From: an uncultured virus (IMG/VR IMGVR_UViG_3300037067_016734)
Taxonomy: Duplodnaviria > Heunggongvirae > Uroviricota > Caudoviricetes
IMG/VR virus record: IMGVR_UViG_3300037067_016734
Direction: 5' to 3' (one strand)
Length of the DNA stretch: 20,000 nt
In this document: one piece after another, positions 8,088-16,281 of the stretch
Layout: the number at the start of each line of letters is the position of its first letter
Numbering within the stretch: the first letter of the stretch is position 1
Program-made: the position numbers and the translations under genes
Notes under the pieces: model-generated
What the model saw: only the letters and a program-made list of their open reading frames with translations
Database searches by the model: none
Told to the model about the DNA's origin: nothing

Positions 8088-8756
8088 ATGCAAAAAACAG
8101 TTGTAGAAAGAGAAAATGATCATAAGTTTGGAAATGTGGTAGTTGTTGAAATAAAAACAATTACAACGATAGAAAAAAGTGGTGAAATTACAGAAACGTC
8201 AGATTCTAGATATTTCATTGTAGATGGTAGGGAACTTGAAAATAAGACTTATAATGAATGCCGTCACTATCGTTATTTTAAAGATGACGTAGACATACAT
8301 TCGTTTGAACCTTGGTTTATGACATTTTGGGAGGCCATAGATAAAATTACAATCTCTCCCGAAGATATTATTAGGGATGGAAAGGTTAACGAAGATAGAC
8401 TTTACGAATGTTCACATAATAATCATCTTACTTATAAGTTTGGAGAAAAAGAGCCGATCACTAATTATCTTTATGATTGGATATCTTATAAAGATTACAA
8501 AAAAGAAAAATTGTTAGGGCAATTTAAACAAGATCCCCGCGTAATAATTTTAGACGAGAATTATTATATTCCGCATAGTGGATATTTTGCAGAGATTAAA
8601 TATCTTTTGTCTCAGGATGATTTTGATGCATTTAGAAAGAAATCATATCATAAATATCCAGATTTTACTTATGATGGTGTCGATAAAGTCCTTTTAATTT
8701 GTGAACCAGAATGTGATTTTCTACACATTCAACAATTCAGGAAAAAGAGGGATTGA
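8088..8756 (+). CDS. Hypothetical protein (222 aa)
   Basis: TAAGGA SD; no recognised motif. Confidence 0.75.
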   Translation: MQKTVVERENDHKFGNVVVVEIKTITTIEKSGEITETSDSRYFIVDGRELENKTYNECRHYRYFKDDVDIHSFEPWFMTFWEAIDKITISPEDIIRDGKVNEDRLYECSHNNHLTYKFGEKEPITNYLYDWISYKDYKKEKLLGQFKQDPRVIILDENYYIPHSGYFAEIKYLLSQDDFDAFRKKSYHKYPDFTYDGVDKVLLICEPECDFLHIQQFRKKRD

Positions 8757-8781
8757 TTTTTTTAGAGGCATGTGATATGTT
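8753..8781 (+). promoter_or_regulatory. Sigma70-type promoter
   Basis: TTGATT (8753-8758), 17 nt, TATGTT (8776-8781) with TGTG extended -10. Confidence 0.55.
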
Positions 8782-8812
8782 GATAGTACTCTTATAGAGT
8801 TGGAGTTTGTTT

Positions 8813-9088
8813 GTGCCCGAATTAACAGAATTAAATTTTTTCAATTTATGTCAAGTTGTTTTAAATAGTACTATTTTAGAAAAACTAATAGTTGATAATA
8901 GAACTCTTTATTATGCTAATAAATTCTTTGTAGGAGATACAGATACTATTTCTCAACTATCTGATACTAAAGAATTAGTATATTATATGGCACTTCCTTA
9001 TAATAAATATGAGGATGATCTTTATAGGCACCATAAAGCCAAAATTGAAGTAGTTTTTGATATCAGAAAAAAAAGAAAGTGGATTTAA
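8813..9088 (+). CDS. Small protein, 'TxLNxxNL' family, copy 3
   Basis: GTG at 8813 with GGAG SD (8802-8805); begins (M)PELTELNFFNLCQVVL. Confidence 0.7.
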   Translation: MPELTELNFFNLCQVVLNSTILEKLIVDNRTLYYANKFFVGDTDTISQLSDTKELVYYMALPYNKYEDDLYRHHKAKIEVVFDIRKKRKWI

Positions 9089-9109
9089 CCAGAATTTAAC
9101 CTATTTCCC

Positions 9110-9138
9110 TTGACACCATCAAAATAATCTGCTATACT
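9110..9138 (+). promoter_or_regulatory. Near-consensus sigma70 promoter
   Basis: TTGACA (9110-9115), 17 nt, TATACT (9133-9138) with TG extended -10. Confidence 0.8.
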
Positions 9139-9147
9139 CATGGCATC

Positions 9148-9297
9148 ATGAGGGCCGACGAATACGACATTTTGTTTGAAGAGAAACTTTCCTATTACGT
9201 AAGTTTAGGATACTCTTACGCACAAGCTTTAGTGTGGGTTTACAATGATATCGGTAAGAGACAGGATGTGATAAAAGATGAGGATATCAAATGTTAA
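9148..9297 (+). CDS. Small hypothetical protein (49 aa), not in ORF track
   Basis: MRADEYDILFEEKLSYYVSLGYSYAQALVWVYNDIGKRQDVIKDEDIKC; directly downstream of the promoter and overlapping the next start. Confidence 0.55.
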   Translation: MRADEYDILFEEKLSYYVSLGYSYAQALVWVYNDIGKRQDVIKDEDIKC

Positions 9298-10229
9298 TTA
9301 CCTTTTTATATGATGTTGAACTTGACGTATATGGAGATACTATCCAAAGAGCTATTTTGATGCCTCTTTATCCTGATGCTACGTTTAAACCGCAAGTTTT
9401 TACTGTCGGACGGCCTATTTTACTGAATTCTAAAAATATTAGTGTTAGAGTAGATAAAAAAATAAATCAACAAATCCTTGATAACATAGTTCGCGGAATA
9501 TATGAAGGATATCCCGGAATAAATGAAGCATATCCTAATGAAATAATAGCTTGTGTAGAGCAAGGTTTTACTTCTTCGACTAAAAGGGTCGAGGAGATAA
9601 AAGAAGCCTATAAAACAGCGCCTTTAGTTCCCATTCGTTCTAACTATGCTTGTGAGAGTAATTATTCTTTTGGAGATGACGATCAAGTGAGACGTTATAA
9701 AAAGAATTTAACAAACCCTTGTTTGACTAAGGAGTTTGCTTATCCTTCTCAGGATTCTTCTAACTATCTTCAAGAGAGAGATAGAGTGAAGTTGATTGTG
9801 AAGGATTTTATCAAGGAATCGCTTTTCGAAGCTCTATCTTTGATTGATGATTCAAAAGCGTTCAATGCAACTACTTTAAGAGGGATGTTTATTACAAACC
9901 TAAGAAGAAAGCTTTGTACGATTGGAATTTACTCTAGTACTAATTTACTAGATGTCGATAATTGGTTGACGGCAGGGATTTGGAATGGTAGTGCAAATAA
10001 TCTAAGGGTAGGTACTTTTATGTTTTCTCCGGACGAAATTAATGCGAAAATCGGATTGGGGACAGAGATTCCCTTCGAACAAGGGGTTCAATCAGAGATC
10101 CAATCCATTCACCATGATTTGATAGCGATGCGCTCTATCTTTGTAGATAAGGTTGAAGAGGAGGTAGTGAAGTTCAACAACATAGCAGATCGAGTCGAAA
10201 AGTTGATTTTGGACAATCAGGATTTATAA
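9291..10229 (+). CDS. Hypothetical protein (312 aa)
   Basis: GAGG SD; long ORF with a helical C-terminus; no recognised family. Confidence 0.8.
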   Translation: MLITFLYDVELDVYGDTIQRAILMPLYPDATFKPQVFTVGRPILLNSKNISVRVDKKINQQILDNIVRGIYEGYPGINEAYPNEIIACVEQGFTSSTKRVEEIKEAYKTAPLVPIRSNYACESNYSFGDDDQVRRYKKNLTNPCLTKEFAYPSQDSSNYLQERDRVKLIVKDFIKESLFEALSLIDDSKAFNATTLRGMFITNLRRKLCTIGIYSSTNLLDVDNWLTAGIWNGSANNLRVGTFMFSPDEINAKIGLGTEIPFEQGVQSEIQSIHHDLIAMRSIFVDKVEEEVVKFNNIADRVEKLILDNQDL

Positions 10230-10252
10230 AATTAATTAAGGAGTATTGTATT

Positions 10253-10600
10253 ATGTCAGATGACGGTAATGTAATTGGTAGACTGAGCGAAATGCTTGGT
10301 TTCAATGCGGCTTCTAAGCCCGAGAGCGGTATCGCGGGTTCCATTCTTTCCGCTCTTGATGATATCAAGAAGGAAAGGACAGAGAAGGCGAAGGAGGCTG
10401 CAAAGGCTCTGATTCTTCAGGCTCTCACTGAAGCCGAGGGTTTAGATAAGCTGAAGAAGGACTTTGACGCTGCTTTCAACAAGCGGAACAAGGCGCTTCA
10501 GAAGCTGGTTAATCGTATCCAGGCTTATTTTGCAGGCAAGGAGCCTGAGCCAGAGAAGCCGGACAACGAACCGGACAAGCCAGAGTCGGATAACTCTTAA
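10253..10600 (+). CDS. Coiled-coil protein with Pro/acidic tail, probably highly expressed
   Basis: Strong TAAGGAG SD; Ala/Lys/Glu-rich helix; EPEPEKPDNEPDKPESDNS tail; AAG/GAG/GCT-biased codons unlike its neighbours. Confidence 0.8.
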   Translation: MSDDGNVIGRLSEMLGFNAASKPESGIAGSILSALDDIKKERTEKAKEAAKALILQALTEAEGLDKLKKDFDAAFNKRNKALQKLVNRIQAYFAGKEPEPEKPDNEPDKPESDNS

Positions 10601-10610
10601 AGGATAGTGC

Positions 10611-10639
10611 ATTGTGGGGCGGAAAATCCGCCCCACAAT
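10611..10639. terminator. Perfect 13-bp stem-loop (terminator/attenuator or stabilising hairpin)
   Basis: ATTGTGGGGCGGA-AAA-TCCGCCCCACAAT just after the 10600 stop; no classical U-tract on either strand. Confidence 0.6.
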
Positions 10640-10660
10640 CTAAATAAGGAGAAGAATTAT

Positions 10661-11707
10661 ATGTACGATCAAGAATTCACAGAAAAAATGATTAAAAACA
10701 CAGGAAGAAGTCTTACTGAGATTTCTAAGCTAGTGAACGAGAAGCCTTCTCTTGTCGATGTTAAGTTTGACGTACATCATTTAACTCCCGTTGTTTATCA
10801 CGCTAAAGAAAAAGTTGTTCAATTGGTTGCTAAAGATAGAGTGATGTTTATGCATCCAAACGCGCTTTATCAGCTTTACGGAAAATCTCATTTTCCGGCT
10901 TCCGCTGAATTTCGTAACAACATTGAACTTGATACGATGCAAAGAGTTATTAATGATCTTTGGAAGAATGTTATTTGTAGGGTTCCTAAGAGAGGGGAAA
11001 AGAAGAAGCTTTTACTTAGGATGAATCAAGACACCGATGAGATTATTGCGTTCCTCTCAGAACGTTATAACCCCTACGACAATAAGGATATGATGAGTAG
11101 CGTAGAAGGTGGCTTTTCGAACGTTAAGTGGGAGAAGTTTGTTACTCATTTTTATTGCGATGATTATAAACTCGGAATGCGTATTGTTTTTCCCGGTCAT
11201 GCCTTTAAAGATCCTCAAGGTAGAGTACTTTGGCCTGCACTTTTTGTTCGGAACGATGAAACCGGAAACGGCGCAGTACATGTCAATCAATCAATTTTCA
11301 ACGTAAGAACCTTTTCTGGACTTATTTCTCTTCGTCATTTTCAGGCGCAAAAGGCATATCACACTCGTAAATATCAGGATATTGTAACTGTAGCAAGAAA
11401 GGCTTGCGGAGACATTCCTGATTTTACAAGAAAATTCATTGATGATATGACTAAAGCTCACCAAGTCTTTCTTCCAGAATTTGACATTAAAGAGCTTCAA
11501 GAGTATCTTGGTAGTATCAGCGTTAAGAAAGACGAAGTTAAAGAAATTCTTGAATACTTCATTTATATTGTAAATCGTGACGGTGTTCAGGCTAGAAACA
11601 AATGGACTCTATCTCAGGCGATTAGCTATGCGTCTCGTCTCTTTCCATATGACAGACAGATGGAATTAGAGCAACTCGCTACCAAACTGCTTGTGAGGAA
11701 ATACTAA
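10661..11707 (+). CDS. DUF932/DUF945-like phage/plasmid protein (divergent)
   Basis: LLLR...IIAFLSERYNPYDN and LFVRNDETGNGAVHV...SGLI resemble DUF932 motifs; ATG 10661 follows the TAAGGAG SD (the ORF-track start lies upstream of the hairpin). Confidence 0.6.
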   Translation: MYDQEFTEKMIKNTGRSLTEISKLVNEKPSLVDVKFDVHHLTPVVYHAKEKVVQLVAKDRVMFMHPNALYQLYGKSHFPASAEFRNNIELDTMQRVINDLWKNVICRVPKRGEKKKLLLRMNQDTDEIIAFLSERYNPYDNKDMMSSVEGGFSNVKWEKFVTHFYCDDYKLGMRIVFPGHAFKDPQGRVLWPALFVRNDETGNGAVHVNQSIFNVRTFSGLISLRHFQAQKAYHTRKYQDIVTVARKACGDIPDFTRKFIDDMTKAHQVFLPEFDIKELQEYLGSISVKKDEVKEILEYFIYIVNRDGVQARNKWTLSQAISYASRLFPYDRQMELEQLATKLLVRKY

Positions 11708-11714
11708 AGCATCA

Positions 11715-11743
11715 TTGACTTTTCTTCTTGGTTGTGCTATACT
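11715..11743 (+). promoter_or_regulatory. Sigma70-type promoter, likely leaderless transcript
   Basis: TTGACT (11715-11720), 17 nt, TATACT (11738-11743) with TGTG extended -10; ATG at 11750. Confidence 0.8.
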
Positions 11744-11749
11744 ATAATC

Positions 11750-12022
11750 ATGCATTTGGTAATAAGAAACTCTAAAACGGGACAGTTTGCTAATTGTGGT
11801 ACCACCAAGAGATTGCCTCCCGTTAAAACCGACAGAGGCGTTAGATCGTTAGAACAGCTTATAGGTTATTGGTTGTTCTCTTTTAAAGATAGAGCCGAGG
11901 ACTGCATAACTCCCTTCTTTGTTGAATGCTATACAGAGAAGAGAAAGTTTAAGGCTTTGATCTCTAGTCACGGAGCGGTAAGAACGGTTGAATGGGTTCT
12001 TATAGAAAAGAAGAAAAGATGA
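11750..12022 (+). CDS. Basic hypothetical protein (90 aa)
   Basis: ATG 11750 (MHLVIRNSKTG...) lies 7 nt after the -10 box; the ORF-track start is inside the promoter. Confidence 0.7.
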   Translation: MHLVIRNSKTGQFANCGTTKRLPPVKTDRGVRSLEQLIGYWLFSFKDRAEDCITPFFVECYTEKRKFKALISSHGAVRTVEWVLIEKKKR

Positions 12023-12549
12023 ACATATTTATTTTAGATTATGATCATGAAATAAATGCTCAATATCTTGTTGATCGACATATTCTAAAGATGCCGATTG
12101 AGGCTTGTCAGTTACTTTCTAATGCAATCGCTGATAATCTTCCAGTAGCCTATGAAAAGATGCTTAAATGCGATATGGTTTATCCTATTTCTCATTTTAA
12201 TCATCCATGTTCAAAATGGGTGAGGCATTCTTTTGCTAATTTTAAATGGTTAATTGATAATGCTGAAGCGATGTTTCAAGAATACTACTTCAGATATGAC
12301 AAACCTTATTTCATTCATAAGTCTCATAAGAAGTTGTTCTATATAAGTACTTTAAAGAATGGTTGCATTATAGATGGTTGGAAAGAACCTACCTCCTGGT
12401 CCTTTTCCGACACTCTATCTCCTTTTGTATCAGCAATGCCTGAACAATATAAAGTAGAAGATTCTGTCGAAAGCTACAGAAACTATTATCGTGGAGCTAA
12501 ACAGCATCTTTATTCTTGGAAAAAGAGGAATTGTCCCGAATGGCTATGA
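12019..12549 (+). CDS. Pyrimidine-dimer DNA glycosylase (DenV/Pyr_excise)-like protein
   Basis: MNIFILD...DRHILKMPIEACQLLS, NHPCSKWVR, EYYFRYDK..HKS, AMPEQYK...SYRNYY...K...WKKR..PEW; start at the ATGA overlap 12019. Confidence 0.75.
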   Translation: MNIFILDYDHEINAQYLVDRHILKMPIEACQLLSNAIADNLPVAYEKMLKCDMVYPISHFNHPCSKWVRHSFANFKWLIDNAEAMFQEYYFRYDKPYFIHKSHKKLFYISTLKNGCIIDGWKEPTSWSFSDTLSPFVSAMPEQYKVEDSVESYRNYYRGAKQHLYSWKKRNCPEWL

Positions 12550-12746
12550 CTAAATTAAACGTGGAAAATCTTTGTCAATCTGTCTTAGGAAACGATTTTT
12601 CTCATTTAGTAGATTATTATAATGGTTATGACGTAGTTATGGAAGATGGGTGGGTTTCTGATTCAGAGTTTATGGACCCAGTAGTAGAGTGGTATGAAAA
12701 CGCGAATCGAATTACTAAAATACAAGATGAATATTTGTCCCGATGA
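12546..12746 (+). CDS. Small protein, 'TxLNxxNL' family, copy 4
   Basis: ATGA-overlap start 12546: MTKLNVENLCQSVLG. Confidence 0.75.
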   Translation: MTKLNVENLCQSVLGNDFSHLVDYYNGYDVVMEDGWVSDSEFMDPVVEWYENANRITKIQDEYLSR

Positions 12747-12979
12747 CAGAACTTAATATATGTAATAGGATAGAAGGTTTAACCGGTTTTAAGGTTAAAA
12801 CGAGTCATACGAAAAATTGGAAAGAAGAACCTTTAATTGAATTTTGTTATGGGGGTACTTGGTTTAGGCTTTTAGAGAAAGATATAAAAGATCAAACAAG
12901 TTTATGTGTAATACATATAATGGGTTTTGGTCCCGGAAGTTTTGATGACTACATTTTACATTTGGCAGGATTAAAATGA
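12743..12979 (+). CDS. Small protein, 'TxLNxxNL' family, copy 5
   Basis: MTELNICNRIEGLTG; ATGA overlap. Confidence 0.75.
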   Translation: MTELNICNRIEGLTGFKVKTSHTKNWKEEPLIEFCYGGTWFRLLEKDIKDQTSLCVIHIMGFGPGSFDDYILHLAGLK

Positions 12980-13182
12980 AAGACGAAAAATCTCTTCTAA
13001 ATTATATGATTGGGTATTTAGTATTTCTTTTAGCAACATTTCTAATGTGGTATTTCTTACCATTGAAAGCTATGAAGGATATATGTTATGTTGCTGGAAT
13101 TACTTATTGGTGGATAATGATTGTCGTTTTAACCTTTACTTTTGGGAATTGGATATATCTCAAGTATTGGCATAAGGAATAG
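12976..13182 (+). CDS. Small membrane protein (2 TM)
   Basis: Two hydrophobic segments; ATGA overlap. Confidence 0.7.
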   Translation: MKDEKSLLNYMIGYLVFLLATFLMWYFLPLKAMKDICYVAGITYWWIMIVVLTFTFGNWIYLKYWHKE

Positions 13183-13184
13183 AG

Positions 13185-13367
13185 ATGTCTATTAAAGAAA
13201 TTCTAAAAGATTTGGAATCCAAAGAAGAGATAAAATTGGATACCAGCATGTATCTTTCCATGATAGCGGAAATTTATGATCTTGTAACGGAAAGAAATGT
13301 TGTTAGAAGTGGAGAGATCGTAGATATTATAAATAAATATCTTAAAGATATTATTGTAAGGAGATAG
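13185..13367 (+). CDS. Hypothetical protein (60 aa)
   Basis: TAAGGA SD; helical. Confidence 0.65.
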   Translation: MSIKEILKDLESKEEIKLDTSMYLSMIAEIYDLVTERNVVRSGEIVDIINKYLKDIIVRR

Positions 13368-13369
13368 AA

Positions 13370-13726
13370 GTGCAAGTAGAGCTTGATGATGATGGGTATC
13401 CCACAGAAAAATTCCTTCAAGAGATCAGAGACTATAAGGATTCTGATCCTATTCCTCTTTTAGAGGCCATAATTGAGGCATGGACTTATGATACAGCATC
13501 TTCTCCTCGTCCCGGCATTTATAGCTTTGCCACGATGGGATGGAGCGGAAATGAATCTTTATTGGATGCTTTACAGTCGTCTGTCATTTCTTTTGTTCTT
13601 CATTGGGACTCTATCTCTGCACCAGGAGGATTATATTGTGTAGCAATTACTAAAGAAGCAAAAGAAGAAATGGAGAAATTACACATGAGCATAGTAGAAT
13701 GGGCTTGGAGGAAAAATGATACCTAA
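13370..13726 (+). CDS. Phage-type hypothetical protein (DDDGYPTE...GWSGNE motif)
   Basis: GGAG SD before GTG; motif pattern resembles uncharacterised phage proteins. Confidence 0.7.
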   Translation: MQVELDDDGYPTEKFLQEIRDYKDSDPIPLLEAIIEAWTYDTASSPRPGIYSFATMGWSGNESLLDALQSSVISFVLHWDSISAPGGLYCVAITKEAKEEMEKLHMSIVEWAWRKNDT

Positions 13727-14009
13727 AGAGAAACTAGATAGACTTGAAGAGCTTTTAGAAGTTGTAAGCGGAGATGAACCATTTGGGTATATACCATTGG
13801 AGCTTATCTATACCAAAAGCGAAGGCTCAAGTATAGGTGTACTTCCTACAATTATTGATTGTCATGGTGACGGGATTATAAACAGATTAGAAGCCACTAA
13901 TGAGGTTTATATTGAACCAGATTTAGGGGAATATATTGTTTTGTGTTGCAATCTAGTCCCAGAATTAATTCAAATAATCAAAGAATTAGGAGAAGAATCT
14001 GAAAAATAA
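13716..14009 (+). CDS. Hypothetical protein (97 aa)
   Basis: GGAGG SD; overlaps the upstream gene. Confidence 0.7.
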   Translation: MIPKEKLDRLEELLEVVSGDEPFGYIPLELIYTKSEGSSIGVLPTIIDCHGDGIINRLEATNEVYIEPDLGEYIVLCCNLVPELIQIIKELGEESEK

Positions 14010-14010
14010 A

Positions 14011-14283
14011 ATGGAGAAAGTTTTTGCACCTTGGGATAGTATTCAAATAGAAAGCTTGAGGGCATTTCAGGCTGTAGGAGTACTGCATCCTTATACATGT
14101 GGAAATGGTGGACACTCTCATGGAGTTCTAAAGGCTACTCGGGATGGTTGGGTTTGTGAACATTGTGATTACAAACAAGATTGGGCGCTTGAGATAATGA
14201 CTGATTGGACATGGATAACTATTCATATGGACCATCAAAATATTAAAGAATTGATTAAAAATTTATCAGGATTAATAGAATGA
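14011..14283 (+). CDS. Hypothetical Zn-binding protein (HPYTC...WVCxxC..QDWA)
   Basis: Cys/His pattern; coupled to neighbours. Confidence 0.7.
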   Translation: MEKVFAPWDSIQIESLRAFQAVGVLHPYTCGNGGHSHGVLKATRDGWVCEHCDYKQDWALEIMTDWTWITIHMDHQNIKELIKNLSGLIE

Positions 14284-14504
14284 CGGACTTAAATGTTAGT
14301 AATTTTTTTGAAGGAATTTCCGGAAAAAAACCTATATCAGTCAAGAGACAATCTGGAATTCAACTTGATTCAGATGGAACAGAATATGTTGAGTATTATG
14401 TTGAGTTTAAACCGTCTTTCCATATCTTACAAGGAGGATGGTCTATTTCTGATGATCTTAATGAATTAAGAATGCAAAATATTTTTCAACACGTAAAAGT
14501 ATAA
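14280..14504 (+). CDS. Small protein, 'TxLNxxNL' family, copy 6
   Basis: MTDLNVSNFFEGISG; ATGA overlap. Confidence 0.75.
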   Translation: MTDLNVSNFFEGISGKKPISVKRQSGIQLDSDGTEYVEYYVEFKPSFHILQGGWSISDDLNELRMQNIFQHVKV

Positions 14505-14527
14505 TAAAATTTAAATAAGAGAAAAAA

Positions 14528-14695
14528 ATGCATGAAAGTCTTATATGTCCTCATTGTGAAGAGGAGGTTAGTATTGGTTGGAGATATAGATGTATAAAAT
14601 GTGATTATGTTGCAGTCTATCATTATAATGAAGATTATGAAGAATGCTCCGAATGTGGTAACGATATGGTTAACGAGGGCATGGTATTGATATGA
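14528..14695 (+). CDS. Small zinc-ribbon protein (55 aa), not in ORF track
   Basis: Three CxxC pairs (CPHC, CIKC, CSEC); TGA at 14693-14695 overlaps the next ATG. Confidence 0.7.
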   Translation: MHESLICPHCEEEVSIGWRYRCIKCDYVAVYHYNEDYEECSECGNDMVNEGMVLI

Positions 14696-14898
14696 CAGAG
14701 AGAAATTTTGAAAATCTAATAGAATGTTTTATTGGAAAAATAATTATGACAGACGAAATAAATATAACGGTTGTTCCCTACAATCGATTTTATCCTGTTC
14801 AATTGTTTAGATTTTATAACTGTGGAGATTATTCACAATGGGATCACGATCAGGCAACAAATTGGGCATTAAATCTTTTTGATCGCATAAATCAATGA
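14692..14898 (+). CDS. Small protein, 'TxLNxxNL' family, copy 7
   Basis: MTERNFENLIECFIG; ATGA overlap. Confidence 0.72.
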   Translation: MTERNFENLIECFIGKIIMTDEINITVVPYNRFYPVQLFRFYNCGDYSQWDHDQATNWALNLFDRINQ

Positions 14899-15113
14899 AG
14901 ATCTTAAATCTTTGTAATCTGCTTCAAAGTTGTTCTGATATCTCTATCTCCTGTGAAGGTGAATCAGAAATAGTAATAGATGGTGGAAGAATTAATATGT
15001 CTTGTTTTCTAAAGGATTATTCAAGTGATGAAGAAGAGAGTCTTAAAGAATTAATATATAATTTACTAGAGATAATGTATGATAATAACCAACGAAGACT
15101 TAGTAATTGTTAA
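14895..15113 (+). CDS. Small protein, 'TxLNxxNL' family, copy 8 (variant)
   Basis: MKILNLCNLLQSCS; ATGA overlap. Confidence 0.65.
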   Translation: MKILNLCNLLQSCSDISISCEGESEIVIDGGRINMSCFLKDYSSDEEESLKELIYNLLEIMYDNNQRRLSNC

Positions 15114-15540
15114 AGAGACTGCACATAAAAGACGTTCAGAGAGTATTAAAAAACACTTAAGAAACGACTTATTTGGATCTAAAAAATCTTATGATTTTCT
15201 GGGAGCATTAGGCGAACTAGCTCTATCTAAATATCTAGGGATACCTTATGTACCTACAGTTAATACATATAAACAACCAGATGTAGCAGGATATCAAGTT
15301 AGGACTACAACTAGACCGGATGGATGTTTGATAATTAGAAAGAAAGATAGAGTAGAAGATGTGTATGTTTTGGTGGTAGCGAAAGAATGTTCTGAGGGTT
15401 ATGATTGTGATATAATAGGTTGGTGTCGTGGAGATTTACGTGAAGATCGGTTTCTACGTAACCCAGGAGATTTTGTGGACGGAGAGAGTTGGTTCATTCC
15501 ACAACTCTATCTTAATAAAATGGAAACATTGGAGAATTAA
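15079..15540 (+). CDS. PD-(D/E)XK-like (restriction-endonuclease fold) phage protein
   Basis: GALGELALSKYLG...PDVAGYQVRTT...YVLV...IIGW; the catalytic motif is a variant (Q-V-R for E/D-x-K). Confidence 0.55.
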   Translation: MIITNEDLVIVKETAHKRRSESIKKHLRNDLFGSKKSYDFLGALGELALSKYLGIPYVPTVNTYKQPDVAGYQVRTTTRPDGCLIIRKKDRVEDVYVLVVAKECSEGYDCDIIGWCRGDLREDRFLRNPGDFVDGESWFIPQLYLNKMETLEN

Positions 15541-15993
15541 ATGGATATGGTAGAATATATTATACTTATTAGTGTTCTTTCTTTGATTATAGGAGGAATG
15601 CTATTTTTTCTAATATATATGTTATGTATGTCAACCATAGGGGCGCATCTTAGATGGAAGAAAAGAATGAAATGTTGGTCAAAAGAACCAGCCACCATTG
15701 AAACATTAATTAACGATAATGGCGATATTGAATATCGCCTGACTCTTTATTATCCTACTATTGATGGGGATGGTAACTATATAGACTGGAATGAATCGAT
15801 AGGTACTTGGAAAAGCAAAGAGAAGGCTGCTGATTATGCAAAAAAGAATATTGAAGAATATATAAGCAAAGCTAACTCTAAAAGAAAACATGTTATTTAT
15901 TCAGATGTTATATATCCGAGCGATATCGAACTAGAAGAGATACCAAGTAAGACAGAATCACAAAAGGAGAAAATGACTTATGAAAAAGGGTAA
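15541..15993 (+). CDS. Hypothetical protein with N-terminal TM anchor
   Basis: GGAG SD; hydrophobic N-terminal ~30 aa. Confidence 0.7.
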   Translation: MDMVEYIILISVLSLIIGGMLFFLIYMLCMSTIGAHLRWKKRMKCWSKEPATIETLINDNGDIEYRLTLYYPTIDGDGNYIDWNESIGTWKSKEKAADYAKKNIEEYISKANSKRKHVIYSDVIYPSDIELEEIPSKTESQKEKMTYEKG

Positions 15994-16267
15994 TTATGTT
16001 TATTTATTAGAACATGATACGAAAAACGGTACAGCTAACACCTGTTTAATTGTTTCTCATTTTCCAGCAGAACCATTAGACAAAGATATGTTTCCAGATG
16101 AACCAGATAAAAGGTTGATAATTGTTTCTAATGGAGTAAACTCTCCAACTATAAGAATTGAAATTTATGATAAAGAGGAAGAAGAATCTAAATGGGTAGA
16201 AACTAGTTTTGATGAATTGATTCGGGGAGTAAACGATGAAGATTGGGTATTTGATTCTGAAGAGTAA
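15980..16267 (+). CDS. Hypothetical protein (95 aa)
   Basis: AAGGAG SD; overlaps the upstream gene. Confidence 0.7.
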   Translation: MKKGNYVYLLEHDTKNGTANTCLIVSHFPAEPLDKDMFPDEPDKRLIIVSNGVNSPTIRIEIYDKEEEESKWVETSFDELIRGVNDEDWVFDSEE

Positions 16268-16281
16268 AAAGGAGTAATTCG

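Noticed and set aside
9084..9107. TTAACCAGAATTTAACCTATTT resembling the DNA of the TELN motif at 8822
   Set aside because: Needs indels to align, has no usable ORF, and is low-complexity AT-rich sequence.
10540..10590. Short repeats GAGCC/CCGGACAA
   Set aside because: Explained by the Pro/Glu/Asp/Lys low-complexity protein tail.
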